From Lingula anatina (Eukaryota > Animalia > Brachiopoda), in NCBI GenBank assembly GCA_051362555.1, contig CM120642.1, positions 18,600,001 to 18,664,000 on the forward strand: a stretch of 64,000 bases of DNA. Reading direction: 5' to 3'. The translations under genes were made by a program, and so were the position numbers. How positions within the stretch are numbered: position 1 is the stretch's first letter; each line of letters begins with the position of its first letter. Positions 24,601-39,600 of the stretch are shown here, piece after piece. The notes beneath the pieces are model-generated. The model searched no databases, was not told the DNA's origin, and saw only the letters and a list, made by a program, of their open reading frames with translations.

Positions 24601-27600
24601 AGAATCAAATAGCTGTCTATATATCTAAAGACATAGCTGTGAATATCTTGTAAAAATCAATCTGTCGCCCTGGTAGAGGGTAAAGTACTTGCCTTTCTTG
24701 GTTACATGCTGCTTTGTGCTCATTTATACCACCGTGACTCAAGATTATTTAAATATGATTAAGGGTTCTTTTTCCTTAAAATACTTTGAAAGAAATGGGA
24801 AAGAATCTGTGGCCACCTTATGAAGGCTAACAAACGTCAAATTTTCGGATCCCTCCTCCATAACTTTTGGTTGTAGTCAGATATAAGCTCGTGATCAATA
24901 CGTAGTTTCTCTTATTTTGATATTATGATGATTATATGATGGTCCTGGTGATCTTTATTTGCTCTACCTTTTGGCCTCTGCCGAATAAACAAACAATTTT
25001 GAACTCAAACAAAGTAGAGATGAGCTATAAGCCCTTGCCGTTCCTTGTAGCAGTAAAAGGGTCGAAAGGACTTGCACCGCCACGCGAGTCGTTTAATAAA
25101 GCTTTGAAAGCACATACACACACAGCAACAACAACAAAAATGTGTCACAGTTATCATGGTGTTTGATTTTTTTACTAAGATGACATGACTTTCTTGTCGT
25201 TAAGGTGAATTTTTTACGCTCTACCAGGGCCACAGATAGATTTGTCACTAGATATTCACATATATGTCTTAAGATATATAGACGGTCATAATTTTCTCTG
25301 CGAAGAATTAAACTATATACACTGTAATTCCTTGACTAGAATCAGCCCTTCATCGTGCTCGTTAACCCCTACTCGATGATTATCAGAACTTCTGGTATTA
25401 CGCATTCGGACGGACATTAACTGAGCCGCTGCAGGAAGCTTGGTTAAGGAAGAACAATAATCCAAACAAATAGCGTATTATATGTTTCTGTATTTGTAGG
25501 GCGCAATGGGATAATTCACGTCAACATATTTGGATTGAATTATTCATTACATTGTGTAATGTAATCTTCTTTAAATGACTAATTAGCCATTCGGAACGAT
25601 TACACAACGAAATAGAATCTCTCTCTTAAATGGCAACATTCATATAAAATTCAAGAAAACGAACAATAACGGTTTATCATGAATAACTTAACTTACGCTT
25701 AATGAAATATTTGTTGCAGTTCATTTCAACTGTGCATTGTAAAATTGGGTAATACATGTATACAGTTACATGTTTCGTTTCTTGAGGGGCTTTGCACTCG
25801 AATCAAGAGAGTAGCTGGAGAAGGAGTCAGGATTTTAGAGCCCGTTCCCATAGCTAGATCAATCTAGCAGGATCGACCCATCTCCGAGGAGTTTCTCGCA
25901 AAATTGTTTTCAGCTAAAAGCGGCTACGATGTCTGGCACGCCTACTGAAGCTGTTAGGGGTAATTAACTATCGTTTAGCAGCTTCAATAGGCGTGTCAGG
26001 CATCTAAGCCGCTTAAGCTAAAAGCAATTTAGCAAGAAACCCCTCGGAGATGAGTAGATCCTGCTAGAACGACCTATGTGTGGGAATAGAGTCTTATTTC
26101 TATAATCAAAATCACCTTAGTACAATAAACAGTCTCAGTGGGGATGAGGGTGGGGCGACATGCTTGTATGCAAAATAACCCTATATTTTTAATTTTAGAA
26201 ATTACACCGAGTTACCGAGTGTTGCGATCGGTATACTATTTTTTGCTTGCACAAAAAGAACGCATTCAGAACAGATAAGCTGCGGACCAACTGACTAAAT
26301 ATGGCCGACCAAACTTTAAAACAGTGCCTCCACATGCGCCGTTAAAGTGATTAAATCCCAGCTCCGAGGTTTTTTTGCACGGCCCCTGCAGCGACGGCGC
26401 GGGTGGAGACGGGGAGGCCATCATGGAATTAGTCGGGGCTGCTTTTAAGTTGAGTTGGACATATTTAGTCCGCGGTTCTGTTAGTCCGCGGATCAATCAG
26501 TTCTGAATGTCCTCTAAGTGAGCCCATATTTTCAATTCTGGAGATTCAAATAAGCGCTTTCCAAAGATGAAAGACAATTAAACGATGGGCAATGGGCCTG
26601 TTGAATGAATTTTCAGGCTTCTAATTTGCTTCTACTATCGTATGACAGATTGCGGCTTTCAAAATGACATTCACGAGACATTTTGTAAGTACACGATTCC
26701 ATTACGTGACCGGAACAGAGCAATTCTGAACTAATTTTTCATATGCATATCTCTTCAATTGTCCGTCCAGTGATGCGTCCTTATGAAACGTGTAGATAAA
26801 CAGTAGACGCCGGTGTTCATAATGCGTTCACTTTAAATCAATCTCGTTGAAATGAAATACGGGTACAAAATCACGCAATTAAATGTCACCTTTTGTTACA
26901 CAGAGCTCTTGTTAAGTGAACTTAATAAGTAGATCGCTTTAATCCTCAGCTAATTAACCACTTGTCGATATTAAAGAGGCTCATCCAGTCGACGCTACTG
27001 AATCCAGATCGATAGTATATTCGCATCACCGCGGCATTTGTGAAAATAGGGGCCAAATAGCAAGCCCCCCCCCCTCCAAAGATAGATAAATAGAATATTG
27101 AATAGATACAAAAGAGAGAGAGAGAGAGAGAGAGAGAATGAATTTGTTAATGAATAGATAAGACGAAAAGGAATTATTTCAATGAATATAATACAAGGTC
27201 TTTATAGGGGATAAAAAATTTCAAACACAACAAATCACCTAATTACATATCACACTAATCCGTGTGAAATCTGATCACTTTCCATTAGACTCAAAAGGTT
27301 AAGTTGTTTAAATCCCGGGAACTATGACCTGAACACGACCCACATAAAAACAAAGCGTGCCCACACAATGCTAAATCACTTGCTATATTGATATGCTGAA
27401 GATACATTAATTTTGGTTTTATTTTCTTTTATATTGTATAAGATTTTACTCATTTTTAAGCAAAAATTTGCCAAATAATATACATGTACAGTAAAAGCAA
27501 GATACTTAAACAGTGGCGGATTTAGGGGGGGGGGGTCAGGCGAGTCATGAGCCCCCCTTCAATTTCCTTTCCCCTCTTGTATAAATTAGAATTAAAACTA

Positions 27601-29187
27601 GCTGAATCATAATCCTAAACGGTACCAAATGGCACCGTTCGCTCTCTAAAATAGCAAAATTTTTCAGAAATACCACGCCAAGTGGGGGGAGGGGGGGAGG
27701 CTTCGCATCCGCGGACCCCCCTTTCCAATAATCCTGGATACGCCCCTGCTTAAACAATAGAGAGGTTGGCATTTTCTCCGAAACCTTTTTTCTAAGCAGT
27801 GCGTTACATAAGCTGAGATACATGTATCTATGTGCAGGCAATTTTAGATGGAAGAAACGGCTGTAAACCTTCAAAACCAACATGCCAATTGTCAATAGGT
27901 TTTTAGCCAGTCAATATTCACAGGAACTGAATAACGAAGTAGCATAGCCCTCGAGACGGAACTTAAAGCGCACGAAATGAAAGCAGCATACCATTAACTT
28001 CATCATTCTCTATTGGTTCCATCATACAAATCACACACAGCATTTTTATTTTTTTGCTCGAAAACGCATTCATAAATGGTCCAATTTATAAACAGGAATT
28101 TTTCTTGCTGACCTCACAAGACGATCTGAAACCGCAACCAATAACTCAAAAGTACATGTTGATGAGACGGTGCTCTTTTTGACTGCTCTGCTATATGTTC
28201 GCCCTGTGACACCAGTTAAGATATGTCGGGTTTTTATTTAAATCCGCTTTGAATGCGGCTTCAAGGTGCCCTGACTGAACTTTGCCTTTTGGGAGCGAAC
28301 TTTTCTTTTGGGAAAGGACTTTTATTACCTGAATAATACAGGCCAAACAGGGATACAGATATAGATGCATACAAACGAAGTGATATAAATAATATTTTTC
28401 AAGGGCTAGGAGACCACATATTTGAAAAGAATGAAACACAATAAGAACTGCATTGTTATGATAAGTCATAAGGGACATGGTTTATTTAAACTGGAATATT
28501 AAGGGCAGTTCGTGGAAATACAACTGATTCAGATTATTTTTGCATTCTTGTTCTCTTAAAGAATACGTGACCCCGCTGGCGAAATAACATTCGTATTACA
28601 AGGAAGAAAATAGATGTCATGAAATAGACATCATTTTGCCTGACCTGCTGCAGGCATATATGACCGAACACCTGTACAAACTCGGTCACATTAAATATTC
28701 CCTGTGCAAGCGAATTAAAAATTTTGCGACAAATTGCGTTATCTGTTTTCCTCACGCTGCAGAATATAAATACAAGAATGCTGTTTGCACACTGTATTGT
28801 AAACAGACTTGTTGCCGAGGTCACTTTTGGCACAGTTTCTGAGTTGGCAAATATTCCACATTAAATGCATAAAATACCAGCAAGAACATGGCAAATAAAA
28901 CCCTATTAAATTTAGAAATTAGCTCAGTAGAGGACAGCTCCCTTGATCAAATTAGTATCGGGTTGAATAATGGCACGGGCGAAAGAAAACAAAGAATTTG
29001 TGCTCTCTAACAGCTGGTTAACCTTACGGACCAGCATCGATATAAAATTGTTGTTAAATATTTACTAAGTTGGAGGTTGTATTTGTTCTTGTTAACTGAA
29101 TAGGGTAAAACCAACGCCTTAATGCCCTGCGCCAATAAAGTGCCTAAAATAGATATAGTCCACTAACTGGCGGATTCAGCATAGATA

Positions 29188-29227
<40 letters not shown>

Positions 29228-30646
29228 TGCGTGCGTGTGCACGCGCGTGCGCGTGGAGGGGGGGGGGTCGATCCACTTTTTACCAGGAAACTTCAGCAAG
29301 GCTGAAAACATGGTAGGATCAACCTTATCCCAGGCTCTATTAACCCACCCCCAGTGTTCTATGCATTTTCTTTGAATAGATAAAGAGAATGGAATGATAG
29401 TTTATTATCATATTTAAACAAAATATAAAAGGTTTTTCGCGATCTGTGGATCAAATGTCCAATTTTCATAATAAAAAAGACTCGTCTTTTCTATCCAGAA
29501 AGACTGTTCTTTCTTGCCGCCCCTCGACCCTTCGGGATTTCTAAAAACTTTTCCAGGTTTCTGATCAATTCTGATTACGTGATCTGATTTAAATGAAGCC
29601 TGTCATATGGAGAATCCCCTGTTAGGAATAGTACATTCAGGCTTCCGTTGTACTACGAGGGAGAAACCGTAGAAAAATACATGTAGCTCGTTGATGCAAG
29701 TTTCCTTCATAACCCTTCTAAGGTAACGATTCTTACATACATGTGTATTTGTAGATTTCAGGAATACAAAGCCGTACTCCTGATCAGGTTAGCATTCTTT
29801 TTAAAGTACACAACAACTCCAACTTTGTCGCCCTATATTTTATAGATATCTTATTTAATTTGACATGTGGGCGTATTTTTCTTGTTCACAGTATAAGCAA
29901 ATTTAGCGGTCAAGGTGGGTTGGAAAGATAAACATACTTACGTATATTGCATATTTACAAAATACATTGTATTTCCGGTACAATGTACAATGTATTTTTC
30001 AAGCTTTGGCGTTCTTGGAATAATGTCGTGATTATGAGACTCAGAGAAATAATTAATTGCAGGCATGGATGAAAACATTAAGCCCTTGAATCACTTGAAT
30101 ACTGAAAAATATTTGGCTGAAGGATGTAACAAAAATGAGATGTGGCGAAACCACCTACAAAAAATGAACATTTGTCAGGTGAAGTAAAGTGAAATTTATA
30201 GGAAAACTTTCCAGTAGATTACTTGCAGGCTAAAGTCGTATACAGACACATGAAGTAAAATTAATCCCGCTTGACACCCCCGCCCGGACAATTCCCCCCA
30301 AGAGAATCCCCCAGGGCAATCCCCCAAGATACCCCCAATCCCTGGAAAGAAAATGCCCTGCATTTGTGTTATCTGTTTGAGGCATTTATAATTTTTGTAT
30401 ATATTTTACTGAATATATACAATATATAAGAAAGTACACAAAAAAATTTAATATAAAAAAGATTGTCTATTAATTATAAAATTAAGGAAGCTCTCATACG
30501 TGCTTAAACAGATCTGAGAGGTAACTTTAAATTATCAGATGCTATAGATGCAAATTTAAATTCTATTAAATTTTCTAAAAGCAAACAAATGCCATATCAT
30601 CTGCTTTCCTTTGATGTTTGTGAGTTTTCTGAATAACGAATAGGGG

Positions 30647-30694
<48 letters not shown>

Positions 30695-33600
30695 AACTTG
30701 AAAAATAAAGCAAACTTCGAAAGCCATTATTTTTACGTCAGGGGGTAGTGGTGAAACAATATAAGCAGACAATTTGTTCATTAAAGTGTTATCTGGATGA
30801 GTGAGATTATTTGTTTACCGCACATCTACCTGGGGATGCACCTTGAATTAAAGGCAGACAACGTGATTAAGGAAGGTAAAGCAGTAAAAGGTGTCAGTTA
30901 GTTCACCAAAGGGATATCTGGATGAGTGAGATTATGTTAACCCAACCTCTACCTGGGGGTATCCAGGAGAGAAATTGGAGGGGGGTGTCAGGGGGGATTA
31001 TCGGGGGGGGGGTGTCCTAATACAAAAATCAACGTCATTTCTCTTTGTTTTTTTTTCCGAGGCTGAAAATGGGCCATTGACAACGTCCTTATGTCTGTAC
31101 CTCATACATGTACATGTAGCTCAGTATCTACATATGTCCTCCTTAATTACTTCCCTGGAAGTGTTTTCCTTACTACCGTATGAATAGAAAGTTGGAAAAC
31201 TACATGTAGAGGCAGGCTGGCGGTTTACAATATTTAATGTGAATTCCAAAATTAGATGTTTTAATAGATATTTGTATAGTGCAACACGAATTACATCGAT
31301 AAGTTAATAACGTGAAATTGCAAAGACACAGAAGGTGAATTAGTTAAACAAGAATATATATGCATTAAACAAATTCAATTAAAGAAAAATAATTTAACAT
31401 TCGCATATACTGGGTCCTTGAGGTAACGTACATTCATCTATTTTCTTTGTTTCTTGGCCAAGCGTTTCTACGCCTTCCACTGTTTTCGTTTCCCTGATAT
31501 TCCTACCTAGACCTTTCTTGGAGTAATTATATAAGGGACCCCCCCCCCCCCCCCCACCAAAAAAAAAAAAAAAGAAATCATCGATTATTCAAAACGAGCA
31601 TTGTCATTTTAAGCCACTGCCCTTAGCTACAAACGGTTAAGTGAATGTACTAGTATAATTTTACACTTTAGAAACAAAGCATTACAATAGAGGCTGTTTA
31701 TAGCTTCTTGTCCATGAACTTTACCCACGGTCAATATTAAGTAACCAGCTATCATTTTCGTTGTTGACAATATTGACCGGGTTTCAACTTAGTCATCTAT
31801 AATCAGATATCAAAATAATGGCTTATGAAACACGTGAATCTTCCTGTTCCGTTGTATTCTTAAAGGTATCACAGAAGTCATGACTTTATTATTTATTATT
31901 TAAGTTACAAATTGCTTTTTGTTTGATCCTGCTTTCAGCTAAGCCATGGGTGAGTGAAAGGTGAAAAACACATTGTAGGTAAAAGAAATGTCTGCATGTT
32001 GCTACATTTCCGTGAAAATGCAATCAAATACTTATGTATTGTTTTGTATAAAGTGTTTTGTGACGTACAAATTACCGTGTAACTCGATTATACACTTTTA
32101 AGTAGTTCACAAACAAAAAGAAGTTTTTTTTTTTAGTAATTGAATCACCAATCATGATAAAATGGGTAATAAAGGTACAAAAATGTTTACCTGTAAGTCG
32201 AGGTCCGCATTTAAAAATCTGCAGTGAGAAGAAAAGACGAAAAAAAAGCGAAGACAATGATTGTTTGACATCAATTATTTCATAGAAAAAAGTAAACCTG
32301 ATAAACCTGAAAACTGTAAAATTTTTCTGTGTTTCAGTGTGACCCTGGTACGGGTGCTGACGCGTTCTACGACATGGTCTACACAGAGCAGCTGATGATG
32401 TTGTTCGGGAGCTCGTGCAGTGACGTCACCAGCATGATTGGACAAATTGTAGAGTACTGGAATCTTCTCTTTGTAAGATAATAATTTGTTTTGCGACTTT
32501 GTCATTTAAAAAGAGGACTGACAGTGAGTTAAAGAATTCATTGAGTTTTTTTTTTCTTAGGTTCATATTATTGAGTCTGGTTGTGCGCCAGTGACGGGTC
32601 CAAGATACCACAGATAATGGAGGTGTTCGATTTTGAAACATTGCCATAGCTATGTAAATCTCCTCTGCACCCTGAGATAGCCCACAGAGTGTTATGAATG
32701 TACCATTAAAATGGTCTTTAATATAAAACATCTTATCTTCGAGAGTTCATTGGGGGGGGGGGATTCATCCCCGAACCCCGAAACCAAAACGTCCGTGTGT
32801 TGAGCAAGGTAAACAGAACTGTTATTTATTTATATATTTTTTATTTATTTATTTATTTTATTTATTTATTTATTTATTTACTTATTTTATCTATTTGTTG
32901 ATAATGGTTTCAGGTGTCCCACGCTTCGTCCGCCCCTGCCTTGAGCGACAGGGAAACTTTCCCCACATTCTACCGCCTGGCTGCGGCTGATGTCTCACAC
33001 AACGCGGCGCAGAAGAAATTCATCCAACATTTCAACTGGAACACCGTGGCTATAATACACGAAGATCACGAGCAGTATAATTTGGTAATTGTAGACCCGG
33101 AACTTCTCTGATTATCTTGCTGAAAAAGCTTTGTTAATAGCAGGTTATTGATCACTTAATGGCTTTGTTTACACACTTACAGGCTCTCTGCACCATACAC
33201 TTCAGTAACATGCATGTTTGTTTGCCGATGCTTTATAACTAAGCGTCATTCTCCATTGCTTTTTTTAAAATTAATTTGGGTAGGGCGCATGCGCTGTTAA
33301 TTGGAAGTTCGGTTTATTTACAGAGTTTCTTAAAATGCCTTTTTGTTTATTAATTTTGGTGTGTGGCTGCTAAGTGCACTGGCGGAATGGAGAGGCGGTC
33401 TATTGGTGTATAATTGTTTACGGATAGATAGAGTCCAATATATTAATGACCATTAATCGACTGCATGAATAAATGAATTTTGAGCAGCCTTGCAGAGTGG
33501 GAGGCTATGTAACTGACCGATCGGTGATAAAATGAAATGAAATGAATGATAAATTGAATGATTAATGTACCGATCGATCGATTGATTGATTTGTTTATTA

Positions 33601-36600
33601 TTTAATCTGGTTGTTTATTTACTGTTTGGTTGATTGATTGGTGGGCTGATTGCTTTTTAGTTGGTTGATTATCCTAAAGAGATGACTACTCCTCGGTGTA
33701 TTGATTGACCGGTCAGTTGTGTTGATGAAAACATGCTATTTTGTTTTTTATTATTATTATTCTTTTATTTATTTGTATCATTGATGGTAGGTCCCTAATG
33801 GATATTATTTATTTACATTCATGTTGATGAAGGTTAAAAGTAACAATCGCCACAGAAAGAATTCCATGTTCCTAAAGACACCTGTGTATTTGGACAATAT
33901 GGTATCGATTTTTGTTATAGGCTGTAAACAATCTGAGAAGATATCTGGAGAGAAAGAGTTCTCAGGTTAATATGGACGGAGTAAAATTATAGCTCTCTGT
34001 TCTGTGGTGGAAGAAAAATAATTTTGGTGTTGTTATGTCTGTATTGGATGTGGGTTTTGTGAAGTTGTGTGTGTATGGTTTTTTGGGATATCACTCAATC
34101 TTTTCCTTGTTGTGTGAATACTAACAAGGAAAGCCGGTTGAGATCCGACTGATGGTTGTCTTGGGATGGTGCTTTGGTAATGTAAAGCTCCTGCTTTTTA
34201 TATCACAAATGTTTTTTGCTGTTTTGTTTTTCCTTTGATTCGTTTCTGCCAATTCACTGAATTTCTCTGTCTGAATTTCCGTATCCAATTGGATAACGAT
34301 ATTTTTCAAACGTGATTGAAATCAATCGGATATATACTTGCCATACTGAAACTAATCTTTCAATACATTCGTCCACGATACTCAATTTAAGATAAGCTTC
34401 AGCCATCAAAATGTTTGATTTATGTGTTTCATTTATTGGGGAATTATAAGCCAGGTCAACTTTCAATAACCAGTACTAAGATTTATTCATTGATTGTACG
34501 AAACGGGTTAGGGTCACTATCAATTTTTGGCTGGAAAATCTGATGGTCGGCTAAAATGTCAGAATGATTTGAATTGATTTCTTCCTTCGGTTCTCCAGGG
34601 GAAACTTGAATGAAGCTAATAAAATAGGTATATTTGTATGAAAACAAGTATCAGATGTGCCTTATCTTATATTCCACGCTGTTGCTGATACATCCTTCTC
34701 TGTCTTCAGGCTGTACACACTCTACAGAGCACCATCGAGGCGGCAAACATCAAAGTAGCCCTCACCACCAGTTTCAGGATACAAGACTCAAACTTACCCG
34801 ATAAGATGCGGCAAATAAAGGTAAGTTGCAGACTGCAGCTACGTGTACTATTACATCATTCTATTGCTTTGTTGTGACTTTTAAGGCATGCAATGCGCGT
34901 TACACCTGTTAATGGCAAAAAACAGTTTGAGTTTATTTTTCTGGGAATTTCAACTAATTTATCGCCATGTTTCAGGGATCACGATCTTAGACGCGTTCTA
35001 TGGGGTCTTTTTGAATCTCACTTCCCCAAATCCATCTATGTATTTTTAAGTAGTATGGTGATACCGATTTGCCAGTTTAACATGTGTCAGTTCTAAGGTA
35101 TGTTTGTTTTTTCAAGATTTTTAATTAAGCCTTATACACACAGACCGCTAGGTTTGAAAAAGTGAAAAAATAAAAAAAAAGCACAGAGAGAGAGATCCGT
35201 TTTTATCGGGCAATCACTGTTTTATCCTCAGGACAATGACATAAGGATAATTATTGGCAGTTTCTCGGAGGACATCGCCTACCACGTGTTTTGTGAGGCG
35301 TACAGGCAACAGATCTACGGGCTAAAATATGTGTGGCTTCTGGTTGGTGATTTTACCAGCCAATGGTGGGAGAAGTCGCATAACTTCTCTGATTGTACAG
35401 TGCAGGAACTTACAGAGGCAGTCAATGGATATTTTGCGGTTAACAGCTTGAATTTCATCGTTGGCAACAGCAAGTCAACCTCCGGTTTGGTGAATAAGTT
35501 GAATTATGGAGATGATATTTTTAATAATAAGAAAATATATAAGAAAACAGACACAGAACTGTAAAATTCATTGTTACGTCCTTACCAATCAACTTGTATT
35601 CTCGGGTTAATTTTGTTTGATTTTTCATTGGAACAGTAAGTTACAACCAATTTGAACATAGATATATTTCATCTTTTGTCAATAGTGTAAAAAATGTTTT
35701 TAGCATTAAATGTATTAATTTTGCTAGTATATTGAGGTAGGTGTATTTGTCAAATAATATTTTACTCTAATTACAGACCAACGAGAAATTTGAGGCACAG
35801 TATGACCAAAAGGCTAACGAAATGAATGTGCGAGTAACCAGAAGTGCGCATGCGCCTCAGATGTACGATACCGTGTGGACGATAGCATTGACACTGCAAG
35901 CAGCCGCCAACGCTTCCGGTGGTTTAGAGAATTTCCGATATGAAAATGGAACAGTTTGGAAAAGCCTGTTTTTTGATATTATGGGAAAGCTTACATTTCA
36001 AGGAGTTTCGGTAAGAATCAAGATACTAATATTGACAAAGAACTGTTAAAAAACAGAAATAAATGCGTGATACTAGACTAGTTTTTTTTTAATATCAGAA
36101 TTTTTTCTTTTATCATTTATGATATCATTTATCATTATCATTTTATCAATTAAATACACCTTATAGTTTTTTTTATGTTGCGAGAACTGATCAACAGTTT
36201 AACTTGCAAATATTTGTTTAAGATTTAATTATGAAAAAATATCAATATGTTTAATTAAAACATTTTTCTAGGGTCCAGTCTCGTTCACCGACACAGGCGA
36301 CAGGCGTGGCATATCTGCCTTCACCCGATGTCAAAATGGCGTCATGACCTCAGTGGCGTTATACTATCCAAACAACGACACGCTGTCACTGAATTGCAAG
36401 GAGTGTAAACCTCTTCTTTGGACAGGTTGGGAGTTTAGTGTTGGAGGCATATAGTGTGCGTTAATTCTTTCTACAACGATTTTTTTTAGAAATTTAAGCT
36501 ATTCTTTCTTTAATGTCATCTCATACCCTACGCAAATACAATTGAGAAAATAACTAACTGTGAACCCATTCCAGATGGCCGACCGCCTGCCGACAAATAC

Positions 36601-39600
36601 TCGGTGGTGATCCAACGGTCTCTCATTGACCCCGTGGCCTTCTACACCATCAGTGCCTTGTGCGGGGCGGGCATCTTTCTGGCGCTGGTGTTCTTGTTCT
36701 TTAACCTCCTGAATCTCAGGCGAAGGTAACAGCTACAAATTTTGGGTTAAATTGGAAATGGGAAAGATAGTAAAAGGAGTCTGATAAATATAATGTTTAA
36801 AATATTAATTTTTCTCATCTTATTTATTTAACTTTTTGCGGCCAATGTCAAAATGTTTCTGTTTTCCATATGCTGAAAAAAAGACTCCTATGCCCAGGAG
36901 AAGGCATACCTTTGAAATATACATCAAATTAAATACGTACATGTACATGTAAGAAAAATCAAGCCTTTACAAGATAACTAAATCAAAGTACATAATTCTT
37001 GAACTCTACGCGTAACAAAGCCAGTTCTTATACGTTGTATCCAACATTTATACGAAAACCTGCATCAATTAAATTATTTGATTAATTAATTAATTTATTT
37101 ATTTCAAGGTACATAAAGCTGTCCAGCCCAAAACTTAATAACGTGGCAGTGATAGGGTGCATACTTGTGTATTCCGCAGTTCTTCTCCTGGGATTTGACG
37201 ACGGGACGCTTAGCTCCAAATTATATCCAACTGTCTGCACGGTAAGCAAAGTAAAATTCAACTCCATTCAAATATATCGTTTTTAGAAAGGATAACATTA
37301 AACGCACGTCTTATATAGTCGTTGGTGATAACGGGCTTACCACAAGTATCTTTCTATATAATAATAGACAATATTTTTGTTAAAAAGCTAATACCAACTT
37401 TAAATACTTTCTTGAAATAGGACCCTGGTGTGATAGTCAAGTCACCATTGTTAAATCTATACCTTTTCACTATTGAATTCTCACAGGTGCGTGCGTTCCT
37501 GTTCGCTGCAGGATTCTCTCTGGCGTTTGGCGCCATGTTTACCAAAACCTACCGCGTCCATCAAATATGTATAGGTGCAGGGACAGGACTGGTGAAAAAT
37601 AAAGTAAGAGTTTTGTTTGTTCATTCGTTTGATTTTTCAATAATATCAAAGTTCTTAAGGTATATAAAATACATTTACTATATACTGACATTTAAAATAC
37701 ATGTCTTTACATATTCAATAAGCAAATAGACTGCTATTGAAAAAATTAACTGATATTCACGAGCTAATATTCAATATTAACGTATTCATTTTCTTACCTT
37801 TGATAACTGTATATTTGTTTTGACCAGTCGTTTCTGGATTTACAATTCTAAGCAATGCAGCATCTCAAGACAATTGATACTTATTATACATGTAGTTTAA
37901 CCCGTGAACCTATTTCCAGTTATTGAAGGACAAGCACCTGTTCTTCATTATCGGTGCCTTGCTGGTGTTCGACTCCGCCATAGTGTCTCTCTGGGCTCTG
38001 GCAGACCCCATGGTGCGGAATGAGAAAAATATAACTACTGAGGTGTGTGGGTGTGGCACCAGAGAATCATAAGCCTAAAGTTCAAGTTCATTCATGTAAT
38101 TGAAGTGCACATTTGTTGTTTTAACGAAACTATAAAAGTGATATAGTTGTCCCTTCTATACTTGGTGAATTTCTTGTAAGGTGTCGACGGCTCACAGAAA
38201 CCAGATTTAAGTCCTGAAGAAGTCGAAAGGCAAATTGACAAAACTTTTGAATAGCTTACAACTAAAATTTTTGTCACAAGGACAGTTCATTCTTAAACTA
38301 TACATCCTTCTTGAGGCCTAAATGATAAGACCAACTTGCCCTTCTTTCTTTCAGCCCGCCCCAGAGGACCCACACCGTATCCTCTACGTCCGGCAACATC
38401 TTCACTGCCACTCCCAGCAACAGAACATTTGGCTTGGCGTCTTCTACACATACAAAGGCCTTCTCATGATTTTTGGGACCTTCCTTGCCTGGTCTACCAG
38501 AAAGGTGAAGATAGAGGCCCTTAACGACTCCAGGTACATCGGTCTCAGCGTCTATAACGTGGTGGTGATGAGCATCCTCGTTGTGGCGTTGACGGCTGTG
38601 ATACCGGACCAACCGACATTGGCGTATTGTATAGCGTCTTCCATCATCATCGTCTCTACTACGGTGACGCTGTGCTTATTGTTTGTTCCCAAGGTGGGCG
38701 TTGTCATAGTCTTTTTCGAAACTGTTAAAACTGATTTTGTATTCTCTCTAACTTGTATTAAGTTGTTTTGGCAGTAACTTCATAAAATTATTATATACTC
38801 TATTGGTTAACTGCTTTCATGTGCATTAAATACAGAAATATATGAGGTACCTGTCTCTTTATCATAGTGTGGAATATTGTTACAACACTGCAGTTCACTA
38901 CCAAGTGATTTTTTATAGAGGAGCCCGTACCTTACTGTATATAAGAGTTATGTGATTTTGTGGCTGCTTTTAGACATGACTTAGTTCTTATTTCTGTGTC
39001 CACTAGATCCACGCCCTGGTCAAGTCCAGCGGTAACCCGGTCATCACGACGTCCGGCCTCACCGTGGAGGCGGAAACACGGCGACTGACCTGTGACGACA
39101 GCAAGGAGAAGCTGTTCAGAGCTGAGGTTCAAAATAGGACGTTCAAGAGCGAACTTGCTGAGGTGGGGGCTCTTTGGATCCAGTTTTCTGATTGAGAGTG
39201 TTACTTATACACGTGTAATCGAACGAGATATGTGACAGTGAGAATTTCAGTATTGTTCTTCAAAAACGTCGTCGTTTTCTTTGATTTTTTCAGAGGTTTG
39301 GCAAGATTGAGGCCACCTAACTTCTGCAATAGTACATGAAATAGATGAAAAGAATTTCATTTTAAATCTTGGATGATTTAAAATTTTGTGCACAACTGGC
39401 AGCATGACGCATAATTTGACTTGTGTCACAGACGTTTCAGTTCGTTATGTCAGAGTTGTTGGTTTTTTAATTTTCACAATTTTCTCATCTCATTTTACAA
39501 ACGTTTCTATATTTCAGTTGGAGCGAGAGATTTCCCGTCTACAAATATTGCTAGATCTCCCCTCGGACCGCCTTGCTGCCCTAACAGGAACCATTATCAA

